Shown here: positions 49,270 through 59,484 of the stretch, piece after piece
How positions within the stretch are numbered: position 1 is the first letter of the stretch
How the letters are laid out: every line of letters begins with the position of its first letter
From: an uncultured Chloroflexia bacterium
GTDB lineage: Bacteria; Chloroflexota; Limnocylindria; QHBO01
Length of the DNA: 64,000 nucleotides
Reading direction: 5' to 3'
Assembly (NCBI GenBank): GCA_963720505.1
Contig: CAVRFT010000006.1
Location: forward strand, 3,781-67,780
Made by a program: the position numbers and the translations under genes
The notes under the pieces: model-generated
Databases searched by the model: none
Seen by the model: the letters and a program-made list of their open reading frames with translations, nothing else
What the model was told of the DNA's origin: nothing

Positions 49270-49299
49270 AGGCGGAGGCCGTTCGCGGCCTCCGCCTCA
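49270..49299. terminator. hairpin with a 13-bp perfect stem and TTCG tetraloop; bidirectional terminator candidate
   Basis: GAGGCGGAGGCCG-ttcg-CGGCCTCCGCCTC, 8 nt from the stop of the convergent glycosyltransferase gene. No T-tract. Confidence 0.65.
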
Positions 49300-49306
49300 G
49301 CCGTGC

Positions 49307-50563
49307 CTAGTGCACGAACTCCATGACGTTGATGGCGTAGATGCCGTAAGCGTGGACGACCACGCCCAGCACCACCGCCGCCACAAGCGGCCATGACAGG
49401 CGCTCTCGATACGCCCAGCCCAGCAGCAGCATCAGGATCGGGACGGCGTCCAGGATGAACCGATAACCGAACTGGGCGAAGCCCCACGAGCCATGCGTGA
49501 TATCTGGCAGCAGCACCAGCAGGGCGCTGAGCATGGCCAGCGGCACCAGTGGCTGCAGACGGCGGACGCGCCACGCCGCCGCCGACCAGAACAGGAACGG
49601 CGCGCTCAGGGTGAGCGACAGGCCGGTGAAGTTCGGCACCAGGAATGGGAGGTTGTCGCTCCAGTCGAAGCTCTGCAGGAAGATCGCGTACAGATGGCGC
49701 GGAATGTAGAGCGGCGACGACAGGCCGTACCGGAACCACGGCTCATCGGTCACGATGCCCGTCTCGCCGGACGGGATGTGGGCGTAGCCGAAGTCGAACG
49801 GCGAGCCGAAGCGCGCCAGGTTGTACGCGGCGATCAGCAGGGCGGGCCCGGCGATGCCGGCGAGCAGCCAGGCGTGAGCGCGAGTCGGGCGGAATCGGTC
49901 CGCATAGAAGCCTGCAATGAGCGGCAGGCTGAAGGCCACCGGCACGCGTGAGCCGGCTGCCAGGGCCAGAGTGAGGCCCGCCACGAACGGCCACCGTCGC
50001 CCGATGGCCAGGTGCAGGGTCAGCAGCAGGAAGAAAACGGCAACCACCTGCGCCCAGTGGTGTCCGCCGGCCATGCCGGCCACCCACCAGTGCGTGGTGA
50101 AGGCAAAGCCGATGGTCAGCAGCTGCCGCGGCCTGAAGGCGACGCCAATGCGCGCCAGCAGCCAGTACACCAGCGCCACGTTGGCCGCACCCAGGACCGA
50201 GCACATGAGGTTCGACCCCAGCTCGCCGACGCCCATCGCCTGCGTTAGCGCCACGAACGGCAGGATCAAGACCGCCGGCACCGGCGGGAAAGGCGAGTAC
50301 TGCGCGCCCGTGCCGTCATTGAGCGGCACCAGCTCCAGCCAGGGCCGATCGACCGCGATCGAGAGGCGGCCGTGCAGGAACGCGTCGGCCAGCGGCACGA
50401 ACGAATCGCTGCTGACGTCGAACGGTCCGGTGAACCAGTACACGCCGAAGGCCAGCAGCGTGATGACCGTGCCCGCGATGAACTCGGGCTGGGCGACCAG
50501 GGTGCTCAGACGCTCAGGGGCGGAACTCCGGGGCGCTGGCAGCGGTTCGGCGCTGGCGGTCAC
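49307..50563 (-). CDS. polytopic membrane glycosyltransferase, GT-C-like (ArnT/PMT-type), family not resolved
   Basis: Intact 418-aa ORF with about 11 TM helices and an early loop DSFVPLADAFLHGRL typical of GT-C enzymes. Confidence 0.55.
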   Translation of the reverse strand: MTASAEPLPAPRSSAPERLSTLVAQPEFIAGTVITLLAFGVYWFTGPFDVSSDSFVPLADAFLHGRLSIAVDRPWLELVPLNDGTGAQYSPFPPVPAVLILPFVALTQAMGVGELGSNLMCSVLGAANVALVYWLLARIGVAFRPRQLLTIGFAFTTHWWVAGMAGGHHWAQVVAVFFLLLTLHLAIGRRWPFVAGLTLALAAGSRVPVAFSLPLIAGFYADRFRPTRAHAWLLAGIAGPALLIAAYNLARFGSPFDFGYAHIPSGETGIVTDEPWFRYGLSSPLYIPRHLYAIFLQSFDWSDNLPFLVPNFTGLSLTLSAPFLFWSAAAWRVRRLQPLVPLAMLSALLVLLPDITHGSWGFAQFGYRFILDAVPILMLLLGWAYRERLSWPLVAAVVLGVVVHAYGIYAINVMEFVH

Positions 50564-50590
50564 GCGGCGGATGATGACCGATGCGGGGAG

Positions 50591-50666
50591 TGGCGCGCCC
50601 GGCAGGATTTGAACCCGCGACCTGATGGTCCGAAGCCACCCGCTCTGTCCACTGAGCTACGGGCGC
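50591..50666 (-). tRNA. tRNA-Arg (anticodon TCG), CCA encoded
   Basis: Folded by hand: GCGCCCG/TA/GCTC-AGTGGACA-GAGC/G/GGTGG-CTTCGGA-CCATC/AGGTC/GCGGG-TTCAAAT-CCTGC/CGGGCGC/G/CCA. All stems pair. Confidence 0.95.
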
Positions 50667-50826
50667 GCGTTTCACGCTCGAATGGAGCGGAAAAGTGGGA
50701 GACGGCTCGACTGTACCGCAATCACCGCGCGGCCATCGGCAGTGACCCCGAGGAATTACAGTTGAGCGGGCGATACCCCAACGCGCCCATTGTCGACCAG
50801 GAGACCATCGACCCAGTGACCCCGCG

Positions 50827-52569
50827 ATGACCGCTCTGCTGCGCACCTACCTTCGGCCCTTCGGCGCGCAGCTGGTCCTCGTCATGGGCCTCCTCCTCAT
50901 CGGCGCCATCGGCAACCTTTACCTGCCCGACCTGCAGGGCGAGATCATCGACAACGGCGTCGTCAAGGGAGACACCGACTACATCCTCCGTGTCGGAGGT
51001 CTGATGCTCCTTGTCACCGCCGTGGTCGGGCTGACCGCGATCGCGGCGGTCTACGTGGGCTCGCGGATCGCAATGGGCTTCGGCCGCGATGTCCGCACTG
51101 CGGTCTTCACGAAGGTCGAGACGTTCAGCCAGGTCGAGGTCAACGATTTCGGTGCAGCGTCCCTGATCACCCGCAACACGAACGACGTGCAGCAGGTCCA
51201 GCAGGTCGTCTTTGTCGCGCTGACGATCATGATCTCGGCGCCGATCCTCATCGTCGGCGGAATCTTCATGAGCATCCGGACGGACCCGGCCCTCTCCCTG
51301 CTGCTTCTGGTGGCCATCCCGCTGATGGCGCTCGTCATCGGCCTCGTCATGAGCCGGGCGATCCCCCTCTTTCGGGCGACGCAGGCGAAGATCGACCGCA
51401 TCAACCAGGTGATGCGCGAGACGCTGACCGGTGTCCGGGTAATCCGGGCCTTCGTCCGGACCCGTCACGAGGAGGCCCGCTTCGATGCCGCCAGCGGCGA
51501 CCTATTCGACACCCAGCTGCGCGTCACCCGACTCTTCGCGATCACGATCCCGGTGATGACGCTGATCCTGAACCTCTCGACCGTCGCGGTCCTCTGGTTC
51601 GGCGGCCAGCGCGTCGAATCCGGTGAGCTGCCGATAGGGAACCTGACCGCCTTCCTGCAGTACCTGCTCCAGATCCTGTTCGCCGTCCTGACCGCGGTCT
51701 TCATGTTCATCCTCATCCCGCGCGCCGCCGTCTCGTCGGGCCGGATCCAAGAAGTCCTCAAGACCGAGCCGACGATCCACGATCCGGAGCACCCTGTCAT
51801 CCCGGCCGAGGACGCGGTTGACCGCGGCGTCGTCGAATTCCGGAACGTCGAGTTCCGGTACCCGGGTGCCGAGCAGCCGATCCTGCGCGGGATCTCGTTC
51901 CGGGCGCTGCCCGGCAAGACGACCGCCATCGTCGGCAGCACCGGCAGCGGCAAGTCGACGCTGATCAACCTGATCCCGCGGTTTTACGACGCAACGGGGG
52001 GTACGGTCCTCGTCGATGGGACAGACGTCCGGGCGGTAGAACGTGACCTGCTCTGGTCGCGGCTGGGCGTGATCCCGCAGAAGACGTTCCTGTTCTCGGG
52101 CACCGTCGCCTCGAACCTGCGGTTCGGCAAGGCCGATGCAACTGACGACGAGCTGTGGCGGGCGCTGGAGATCGCCCAGGGCAAGGACTTCGTCAGCGAG
52201 ATGGATGGTGGGCTCGACGCTCCCATCGACCAGGGCGGCGCGAACGTCTCCGGTGGACAGCGGCAGCGCATCTCGATCGCCAGGGCGCTCATCAGGGACG
52301 CCCCGATCTTCATCTTCGATGACAGTTTCAGCGCGCTCGACTTCGCGACCGATGCGCGCCTCCGCAGCGCACTCGAACGGGAGCTCGGCGACGCAACGGT
52401 GATCATCGTCGCCCAGCGGGTGGGGACCATCCTCAACGCCGACCAGATCATCGTGATGGACGACGGCGAGATCGTCGGCATCGGGACCCATCGTGAGCTG
52501 CTCGAGACGAACCCGACCTACCGCGAGATCGTCTACTCCCAGCTCTCCGAGTCGGAGGCCGTGGCATGA
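50827..52569 (+). CDS. ABC exporter, fused permease/ATPase (type I, MsbA/MdlA-like), first half of a heterodimer
   Basis: Intact 580-aa ORF. Six TM helices, then GSTGSGKST, VSGGQRQRISIARAL and IFIFDDSFSALD. Confidence 0.9.
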   Translation: MTALLRTYLRPFGAQLVLVMGLLLIGAIGNLYLPDLQGEIIDNGVVKGDTDYILRVGGLMLLVTAVVGLTAIAAVYVGSRIAMGFGRDVRTAVFTKVETFSQVEVNDFGAASLITRNTNDVQQVQQVVFVALTIMISAPILIVGGIFMSIRTDPALSLLLLVAIPLMALVIGLVMSRAIPLFRATQAKIDRINQVMRETLTGVRVIRAFVRTRHEEARFDAASGDLFDTQLRVTRLFAITIPVMTLILNLSTVAVLWFGGQRVESGELPIGNLTAFLQYLLQILFAVLTAVFMFILIPRAAVSSGRIQEVLKTEPTIHDPEHPVIPAEDAVDRGVVEFRNVEFRYPGAEQPILRGISFRALPGKTTAIVGSTGSGKSTLINLIPRFYDATGGTVLVDGTDVRAVERDLLWSRLGVIPQKTFLFSGTVASNLRFGKADATDDELWRALEIAQGKDFVSEMDGGLDAPIDQGGANVSGGQRQRISIARALIRDAPIFIFDDSFSALDFATDARLRSALERELGDATVIIVAQRVGTILNADQIIVMDDGEIVGIGTHRELLETNPTYREIVYSQLSESEAVA

Positions 52570-54584
52570 GCGGACGGCCTGGCAACGAGGGCAACGGCAC
52601 CGGCCGCAGTGGCGATGGCACGCGCCCCAGTGCAGCCGCTGGCCCCGGCCGTCGGCCCGGCGGCGGCCCGGGCATGTTCGGGATGGGGATGGGGCTGCCG
52701 CCCGCCAAGACGAACGACTTCCGCGGCTCGCTGTTCCGGCTCTTTGCGTTCCTGCAGCCGGAGGCGCCCAGGATCGCGCTCGTCTTTCTGTTCGCGGTGA
52801 TCAGCGTGTTCTTCGCCGTCATCGGTCCAAAGATCATGAGCACCGCGATCAACGTAATTTTCGAGGGGGCAATCAGCAAGACGCTGCCGGCCGGCCTCAC
52901 CCAGGAGCAGATCCTCGCCGGGCTGCAGGCGCAGGGCCAGGATCAGCTCGCCGAGATGCTTGGCGGGATGCACCTCACGCCGGGGGTCGGTATCGACTTC
53001 GGAGCGCTCGCCTCGATTCTGCTGACGATGGTCGCCGTCTACGTAGTGAGCGCGATCTTCAGCTGGGCGCAGGCGTACATCATGGCCGGGGTCACGCAGC
53101 GCAGCGTGTTCAAGCTTCGCCAGGAGGTCGACGCCAAGCTTGGCCGGCTTCCGCTTCGTTATTTCGACCACCATCCGCGTGGCGACTTGCTCAGCCGCGT
53201 CACGAACGACATCGACAACATCGGCCAGTCGCTCCAGCAGAGCCTGACCCAGCTCGTCACCTCGCTCTTGACGATCGTGGGCGTCCTGATCGCGATGCTG
53301 CTGATCAGCCCCCAGCTGGCGCTCGTGTCATTGCTGGTCGTGCCCGTCTCGCTCATCGCGACGGTGTTCATCGTGCGGCGATCACAGCAGCAGTTCGTCG
53401 CGCAGTGGGCCTCGACCGGCGCCTTGAACGGCCACGTGGAGGAGATGCACACCGGTCACGCGATCGTGAAGATCTTCGGCCGACAGCGCGAGGCGATCGA
53501 GCGGTTCAACGACGAGAACGAGCGGCTCTACGAGGCGAGCCGCAAGGCCCAGTTCATCTCCGGAACCATCCAGCCGGTGATGACGCTCATCTCGAACCTG
53601 AACTACGTCACGATCGCCGTCGTGGGTGGCCTCCAGGTCGCGTCCGGGCAGATGAGCCTGGGAGACGTCGTGGCCTTCATCCAGTACTCGCGCCAGTTCA
53701 CCTTCCCCGTGATCCAGCTCGCGAGCGTGGTCAATGTCCTCCAGTCGGCGGTCGCCTCAGCCGAGCGGGTGTTCGAGCTTCTTGACGAACAGGAGGAGTC
53801 GCCCGAGCCCGTCGCGGCGCCCACGTTCGGCGAACCGATTGGCGCGGTCACGTTCGAGGACGTGTCGTTCCGTTACGAACCGGACAGGCCGCTGATCGAC
53901 GACCTCAACCTGGCAGTCGCCGCGGGCCAGACGGTGGCGATCGTGGGTCCGACAGGCGCCGGCAAGACGACCCTCGTCAATCTGCTGATGCGGTTCTACG
54001 AGCTGGACAACGGCCGTATCACGATCGACCGGATCGATACCCGCGACCTCAGCCGGAATGCGCTTCGACTGGCGTTCGGGATGGTCCTCCAGGACACCTG
54101 GCTCTTCCACGGCACCATCCGCGAGAACATCGCCTACGGCCGCCTCGAGGCGACCGATGAGGAGATTCGCGCCGCCGCAGATGCGGCCCACGTCGACCAC
54201 TTCGTCCGGACCCTGCCGGACGGCTACGACACCGTGATCGACGACGATGCCACGAACGTATCGGCCGGTGAGAAGCAACTCCTCACGATTGCGCGCGCCT
54301 TCCTCGCCGACCCACCGATCCTGATCCTTGACGAGGCGACGTCCTCGGTCGACACCCGGACCGAGGTCCTGATCCAGCGCGCGATGGCGCGGCTCATGAA
54401 GGGCCGCACAACGTTCGTCATCGCCCACCGACTGTCGACGATCCGCGATGCCGACACGATCCTCGTCATGGAGCGGGGTCACATCGTCGAGCAGGGCAAC
54501 CACGAGCAGCTCCTGACCCGGGGTGGCGCCTATGCCGAACTGTACGAAAGCCAGTTCTCCGGAGCCCTGGCCGAGGCGGTCTGA
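52566..54584 (+). CDS. ABC exporter, fused permease/ATPase, second half of the heterodimer
   Basis: Intact 672-aa ORF overlapping the upstream stop by 4 nt. GPTGAGKTT, VSAGEKQLLTIARAF, ILILDEATSSVD. Gly-rich N-terminal extension. Confidence 0.9.
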   Translation: MSGRPGNEGNGTGRSGDGTRPSAAAGPGRRPGGGPGMFGMGMGLPPAKTNDFRGSLFRLFAFLQPEAPRIALVFLFAVISVFFAVIGPKIMSTAINVIFEGAISKTLPAGLTQEQILAGLQAQGQDQLAEMLGGMHLTPGVGIDFGALASILLTMVAVYVVSAIFSWAQAYIMAGVTQRSVFKLRQEVDAKLGRLPLRYFDHHPRGDLLSRVTNDIDNIGQSLQQSLTQLVTSLLTIVGVLIAMLLISPQLALVSLLVVPVSLIATVFIVRRSQQQFVAQWASTGALNGHVEEMHTGHAIVKIFGRQREAIERFNDENERLYEASRKAQFISGTIQPVMTLISNLNYVTIAVVGGLQVASGQMSLGDVVAFIQYSRQFTFPVIQLASVVNVLQSAVASAERVFELLDEQEESPEPVAAPTFGEPIGAVTFEDVSFRYEPDRPLIDDLNLAVAAGQTVAIVGPTGAGKTTLVNLLMRFYELDNGRITIDRIDTRDLSRNALRLAFGMVLQDTWLFHGTIRENIAYGRLEATDEEIRAAADAAHVDHFVRTLPDGYDTVIDDDATNVSAGEKQLLTIARAFLADPPILILDEATSSVDTRTEVLIQRAMARLMKGRTTFVIAHRLSTIRDADTILVMERGHIVEQGNHEQLLTRGGAYAELYESQFSGALAEAV

Positions 54585-54686
54585 TCGGGACCACGGCAGT
54601 AGGAGCATGGTCCGGCTGTACGACGGGACCGGTCGGGGCGTACCGTCTGGCCGATGCCAGGCCTGACCGAAGCGCTCGGCTTCTCT

Positions 54687-54886
54687 TCATTGATTGCCGG
54701 AACGCTCGAGTACGCCATCCTGCTTCGCCAGCGCGAAGCACGTCGCCGCGACGCCGCGCACGCCCAGCTTGCCTCCGACCTCGGCCATGAGGCCCTGGTC
54801 CGGATGAGCCTCCTTGATCGCGCTACATCCCGGCGCAGGTGGTCAGGTTTCGGAACGCGCTACCGGTAGCTCGTCGGAGTCGTCAA
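54687..54886 (-). pseudogene. possible small winged-helix DNA-binding protein, fragmentary or frameshifted
   Basis: Minus frame with about 80% GC3 reads ...SAIKEAHPDQGLMAEVGGKLGVRGVAATCFALAKQDGVLERSGNQ*, a wHTH-like pattern. There is no in-frame start unless two one-base shifts link it to TTG 54886. Confidence 0.3.
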
Positions 54887-54891
54887 CCCAC

Positions 54892-56336
54892 TCAGCAGGC
54901 GAAGAGCTTGGTGGCCTGACTCGGCCCATGGTCGGCGTCCCCGCGGAACCTGGCCACGACCCGGCATCGGCCGGGATTCGGTCGCGGGAACTGGGTCGCG
55001 AAGTGGCTGTCGGTGAATCCATCACCGCTCGGATCGGACCTTCCGAAGAGGAAGGGCCGTCTGACGCCCAAGAGCACCCACGCGCCGTTCCGCATGCGGG
55101 TCAGGGTGACGACCATGCGCTTGCCCGGATGGGCCGGTGAGAGCCGGCCCTGGACACGGACCCGGCCATTGACCTTGCTCGTCACGAACCGCGTCCACGT
55201 ATCGTCGTCGCGGATCAGCCCGCTGGCCTGGCCGTGCTCGATGGCTGCCCCGGCCGATGGGTTGATCAGGCTCAGGAAGAAGCGTTCGCGGTGCTCCAGC
55301 CGTCGATCAGTCACGATCTGGACCTGGACGGTGGCCGTGGTGGCGGAGGCCGCAAATGCCAGGTTCCCGGAGGCGCTCGCGAAATCGGAGGGCGAGAGCG
55401 CGCTGCCGCCGGTGGTCTGGTAGTCGACGTTCACGGCCGTTGTCGTTTCGCCAGAGCGAGTGACGGTGAAGGTGAGCGTCCTGGTTCCCCCGCTGCCCTC
55501 CCGGACGGTGGCGCCGGTCACGTTGAGGACCGCAGATCCGGGCGGGATCGGGTCGTTGTCCTGGATGGTGACCACGGTCGGATGCGCGCCCAGCGTGGCG
55601 TTCACCGGGTTGGCGAGGTCGACGTCGAAGGTCTCGTCGCCTTCTGCATCAATGTCGCCGTTCACCGGGACGACCACCGACGCCGCGGTTTGTCCGGCGG
55701 CGAAGTCGAGCGTCCCGGCGGTCAGGTCGTAGTCACTGCCCGCTGTCGCGGAGCCGTTGACCGTCGTGAAGTCGACCGAGACCTGCCTACCGCTCGCCGC
55801 CGACAGCGTGACGTCGACCGATGCGAACGGGGTGTCGCCGGTGTTGCCTTCCGGAACGGTCAGGGTGGCGACCGACGACACGGTCGGCGGCGCGTCGTTG
55901 TCGGTGATCGTCCCCTTGCCCTCGTCGTCCGCGAGCGTCACGCCGACGGGATTGGTCAGGCGGACGAAGAACGTCTCGTTTGCCTCGTCGAGCGTGTCGC
56001 CCACGACGGTGATCGCGACCTTGTTCGTCTTGTGACCGCCGGCGAACTTCAGCGTCCCCGACCGCGCCAGATAGTCGGCCGGACTCGAGGCCGTGCCCGC
56101 CGCGGTCGAGTAGCGCACGGATGACTTGCCTCGCGCGCTCTGGGTGATCGTGAACGTCGCGGTCACGGTGCCCAGGTTGCCTTCGGTGACGGTGACGTCA
56201 TTGATGGAGAGCGTCGGCAACGGAGCCGCAAGCGAAGGAGCTGGCGCCGAGATCACGCCGGATACGGCCGCGGTGAGCGAGGAGCAAAAGCGGTCGGAAG
56301 CGGGTGACCGTTCGAGGGCGGCGCAAGGGGGTTCAT
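54892..56336 (-). pseudogene. secreted Calx-beta repeat protein (about 4 repeats) with a C-terminal beta-rich domain; two shifts in the signal peptide
   Basis: Repeats such as SINDVTVTEGNLGTVTATFTITQS..SSPADYLARSGTLKFAGG..VVGDTLDEANETFFVRL. GGAGAA lies 8 nt before ATG 56336. The corrected N-terminus is MNPL|RRPRTVTRFRPLLLLA|LTAAVSGVISAPAPSLAA. Confidence 0.8.
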
Positions 56337-56497
56337 CGAGTTGGTTCTCCTGTCGTCTTCGCGGGCAGATTCGAAGCCGAGCCCGGCTCATCGAGCGAAC
56401 CTTAGACTGTTCGGCGCCCCGATCGGGGAACAATTCGTACTACCGCCGGTAGGAGCCAGCCGGTCCTCACGGGCGGCGAGCAGCCACCCATCGGTCC

Positions 56498-56932
56498 CTA
56501 CAGGGGCCAGAGCGCCAGGCCGGTGATCTCGTCGGGGACGCGCTCGAGCTCCACGTCGCTCATCTCACGGATGGTGACCTCGCCCACGAACACGATGCAG
56601 CCGGGCAGCAGGTGACCGCCGACCGACGCGCCATCGCGACTGGCGAAGCCGGCATGCGCGTGGAGGAACTGCTTGCCCTCTCGCATCGACACGTTGCCGG
56701 TGAAGCTGGTGATCTCGTGGTGGTCGTCGCTGGCCAGCTCGAGGTACCGGCGCTCGTCCTGCTCGTAGTAGCCAAAGGCGGCGTGGGAGACCGCGCCGAC
56801 CACGCTGACCCAGGCGGACCGGATGTCCTGGTCGGCGCAGAAGCGCTCGATCTCGGCCAACAGATCGGTGCCGGTTGCCAGCCGGCCGACGAAGGCGCGT
56901 CCCGCGTGCGCCTCCCAGAAGCGAGTCTCCAC
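56498..56932 (-). CDS. PPC/DUF296 domain protein
   Basis: GGAGG lies 9 nt before GTG 56932. VETRFWEAHAGRAFVGRLATGTDLLAEIERFCADQDIRSAWVSVVGAVS..LHAHAGFA..GGHLLPGCIVFVGEV. The longer track ORF is a run-on into the upstream gene. Confidence 0.75.
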   Translation of the reverse strand: METRFWEAHAGRAFVGRLATGTDLLAEIERFCADQDIRSAWVSVVGAVSHAAFGYYEQDERRYLELASDDHHEITSFTGNVSMREGKQFLHAHAGFASRDGASVGGHLLPGCIVFVGEVTIREMSDVELERVPDEITGLALWPL

Positions 56933-56945
56933 GCGCGCTGACCTC

Positions 56946-59481
56946 CTACTCGAAGTGCTTGAGGCTGTCCGTGATGGGCAGACGGGCCGCCGATCGCGCC
57001 GGGTAGATGCCCGCCACCGAGGCGACGCCGATACCCAACAGCACGACCGCTGCCAGCAAGCCCCAGGGAACCGCGATCCCACCCGCAAAGTCGTTCGGTG
57101 CCGCCACGGTGATGGTGACCCATGCCACGACCCCGCCGATGGCCACGCCCGCCAGCCCACCCACCGCACCGATGATGCCTGCCTCGGTCACGACCATGGC
57201 CTGCACCTGCCCGACCGTCATGCCATGCGAGCGCAGGATGGCGATCTCGCGACCACGCTCCAGCACCCCGACCGCCAGCGTGTTCACGATGCCCAATCCA
57301 CCGATCACCACCGCCAGCACCGCCAGCAGGTCGAACAGGCCAATGACCCGATCCAATGACCGGCCGAGGTCGCTCGACAGCTGGGCGGCGGAGAGCGGCT
57401 CGGCGGAGTACAGCGCGGCCCTCTTGGCCACGGCCGCCCGGAACGTGTCGGTCGGGACCCCTGGCTGCGGCTGCAGGGCGTAGAGGCTGGCCTGGGTGAC
57501 GCCGAACGAGTCGCGCGCATCGGCCTGCCTCATGAGGATGGCGCCCTCGGTGGTCCGCGTCGGCAGCGAGTAGGCCACGATGCCGGCGACGGTGAACGGG
57601 ACGCCGTCGCCGCCAGGCTGCGCCAGCGTGATCGCGTCGCCGACCGACAAGCCCGTCGCGGGTGGCGATCGACTCCGGGAGCAGCACGGCACCTCCTTCA
57701 TCCAGCGCGTTGAAGGCATCGCGCCGCTCGCCGGCCACGAAGATCAGTGATCGCGTGTCCTGGAAGTCTCTGGGGCCGATGCCGGCGACGCCAACCTCGC
57801 GCTGGCCGTCATCGGTCACCTCCACCGCGGGAAACTCGCTGATGGGCATGACCCGATCGACGCCGGTGATGGTCGCCAGGTCGTCGCGCACTCGGTCGAT
57901 CTCGTCGGCGGTGGTCAGGCGGATGGCGTAGCCGCCGGGCAGGATGGAGCGCACCCATACGTCGGCGGTCGCGCGGGCGGAGGCGGTCACGATGCCGAGC
58001 GCCACGACCGACCCCAGACCGATGGCCAGGGCAGCCACCGTCAGGCCGGTGCGCACCGGATCGCGGCCCAGGTTGGCGCGGCCCAGCTCCCCCTGCGCGC
58101 CGAACAGGGCGGCGAAGGGGCGGCCGATGAGGCGCGCGAAGGGCTGGAGCCCGATGGCAGCGAGCAGCGCCCCGGCCAGCAGGATGCCCACCGCCAGCAG
58201 CGCGCCCGAGAGCGATGCGTCCCCGCGCTGGAGCGGGTACGCGACCACGCCCACCGCCACGGCGGCGATGACCAGGCCGATCACCCACGGCAGCCGTCCG
58301 CCCAGGGTGCGACCCGGCTGGGATGGCCGCAGCGCGTCGAGCGGCGACAGCCGCGAGGCCGCCAGGGCGGGCACCAGGGCACCAGCCAGGGTGACGAGGG
58401 CGCCGAGGACGAAGGCCAGCAGCAGGGCCACCGGATGGAACGGCAGGCCTCCAATGAGCAGCGCACGGCTCGATTGCAGGACGGTGATCAGGATGGCCGC
58501 CACCGCCACGCCCAGCAGCACCCCGACGACGCCACCGAGCAGGCCAAGGGCCAGGCCCTGGCGCAGGAAGAGCCCCATCACCTGTCGTGAGGTGGTGCCC
58601 GCCGCCCGCAGCAGCCCGACCTCGCGGGTGCGCTCGGCCAGGGTCATGGCCAGCGTATTGGCCACCAGGAACGCTCCCACGGCCAGCGCCACCAGCCCGA
58701 ACAGGAAGGCCAGCCCGGCGAACCCGGCCTGGGCGCGGCCCAGCTGCTGCTCCGCATCCGCCACCGTCTCCACCACGAACGGCTCGGTCATGGTGCGGTC
58801 CAGCGCGGCCAGGACCTCGTCCTCGGCGCCCTCCGCCACCTTCAGGTCGACGTAGCGAACCGGCGTCGGCACGGCAAAGGCCTCGGACAGGAAGTCCGAG
58901 TTGAGCACCACCACCGAGCCGGAGCCCAGCGCGCCGAAGCCCGCGTCGCCCAGCAGGCCGACGATGTGGTTGTAGGGCGGGTGCGGCGCCGAGTTCAGCC
59001 ACAGCTCGTCCCCCACCCGGAGGCCGTTGGCGCGGGCCCAGGCGGCGTTGACGAGCACGCCGGTTGGATCGTCTGGATCCAGGAACTGCCCGTCCACCAG
59101 CTCGTAGGAGCGGATCTGCGCCTCGTCCTGCGGATCGACGCCGATCAGCAGCATGGTGAAGACCTTCTCGTCCGGCCCGGGCCTGGTCGTCACGCTGCGG
59201 CCACGCTCCTCGATCACCGCCGAGCCGGTGCTGACGCCGGAGATGGTCTGGATGTTCTGCACGGTGCGCGGCGTGAAGCCATCAGGTTCGAAGGCGCGGA
59301 CTCGGATCGAGGCGGAACCGAACAGCTCCTGCGCGGCGCGCCGAACGGCCTCGGTCGCTGCCTGGCCGGCCATCAACGCGGCCGCGATGACGGCCACGCC
59401 CAGCGCAACGCCCAGCACCGTGAGGCCGGTGCGCAGCGGCCGGCTGGCCAGGCTGCGCCACGCGAGGGCCGACAGGTGCAC
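56946..59481 (-). pseudogene. ABC transporter permease with two FtsX domains (MacB-type), frameshifted near 57663
   Basis: LAWRSLASRPLRTGLTVLGVALGVA..ERTREVGLLRAAGTT..LSPLDALR, then a second module ending REIAILRSHGMT..ARLPITDSLKHFE* (ORF 56946..57719). The junction is a CC run read as CCC. Confidence 0.85.
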
Positions 59482-59484
59482 GCG

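Noticed and set aside
50591-50666. tRNA-Arg as the integration site of a genomic island
   Set aside because: No integrase or recombinase gene is present. I could find no direct repeat of the tRNA 3' end. The compositionally odd block lies on the 5' side of the tRNA. It is kept only as a low-confidence composition remark.
54654-54869. 71-aa plus-strand ORF (MPGLTEALGFSSLIAG...) as a gene
   Set aside because: Its third-position composition is poor, and the complementary strand carries a frame with gene-like GC3 and a wHTH-like sequence. It is treated as an antisense shadow.
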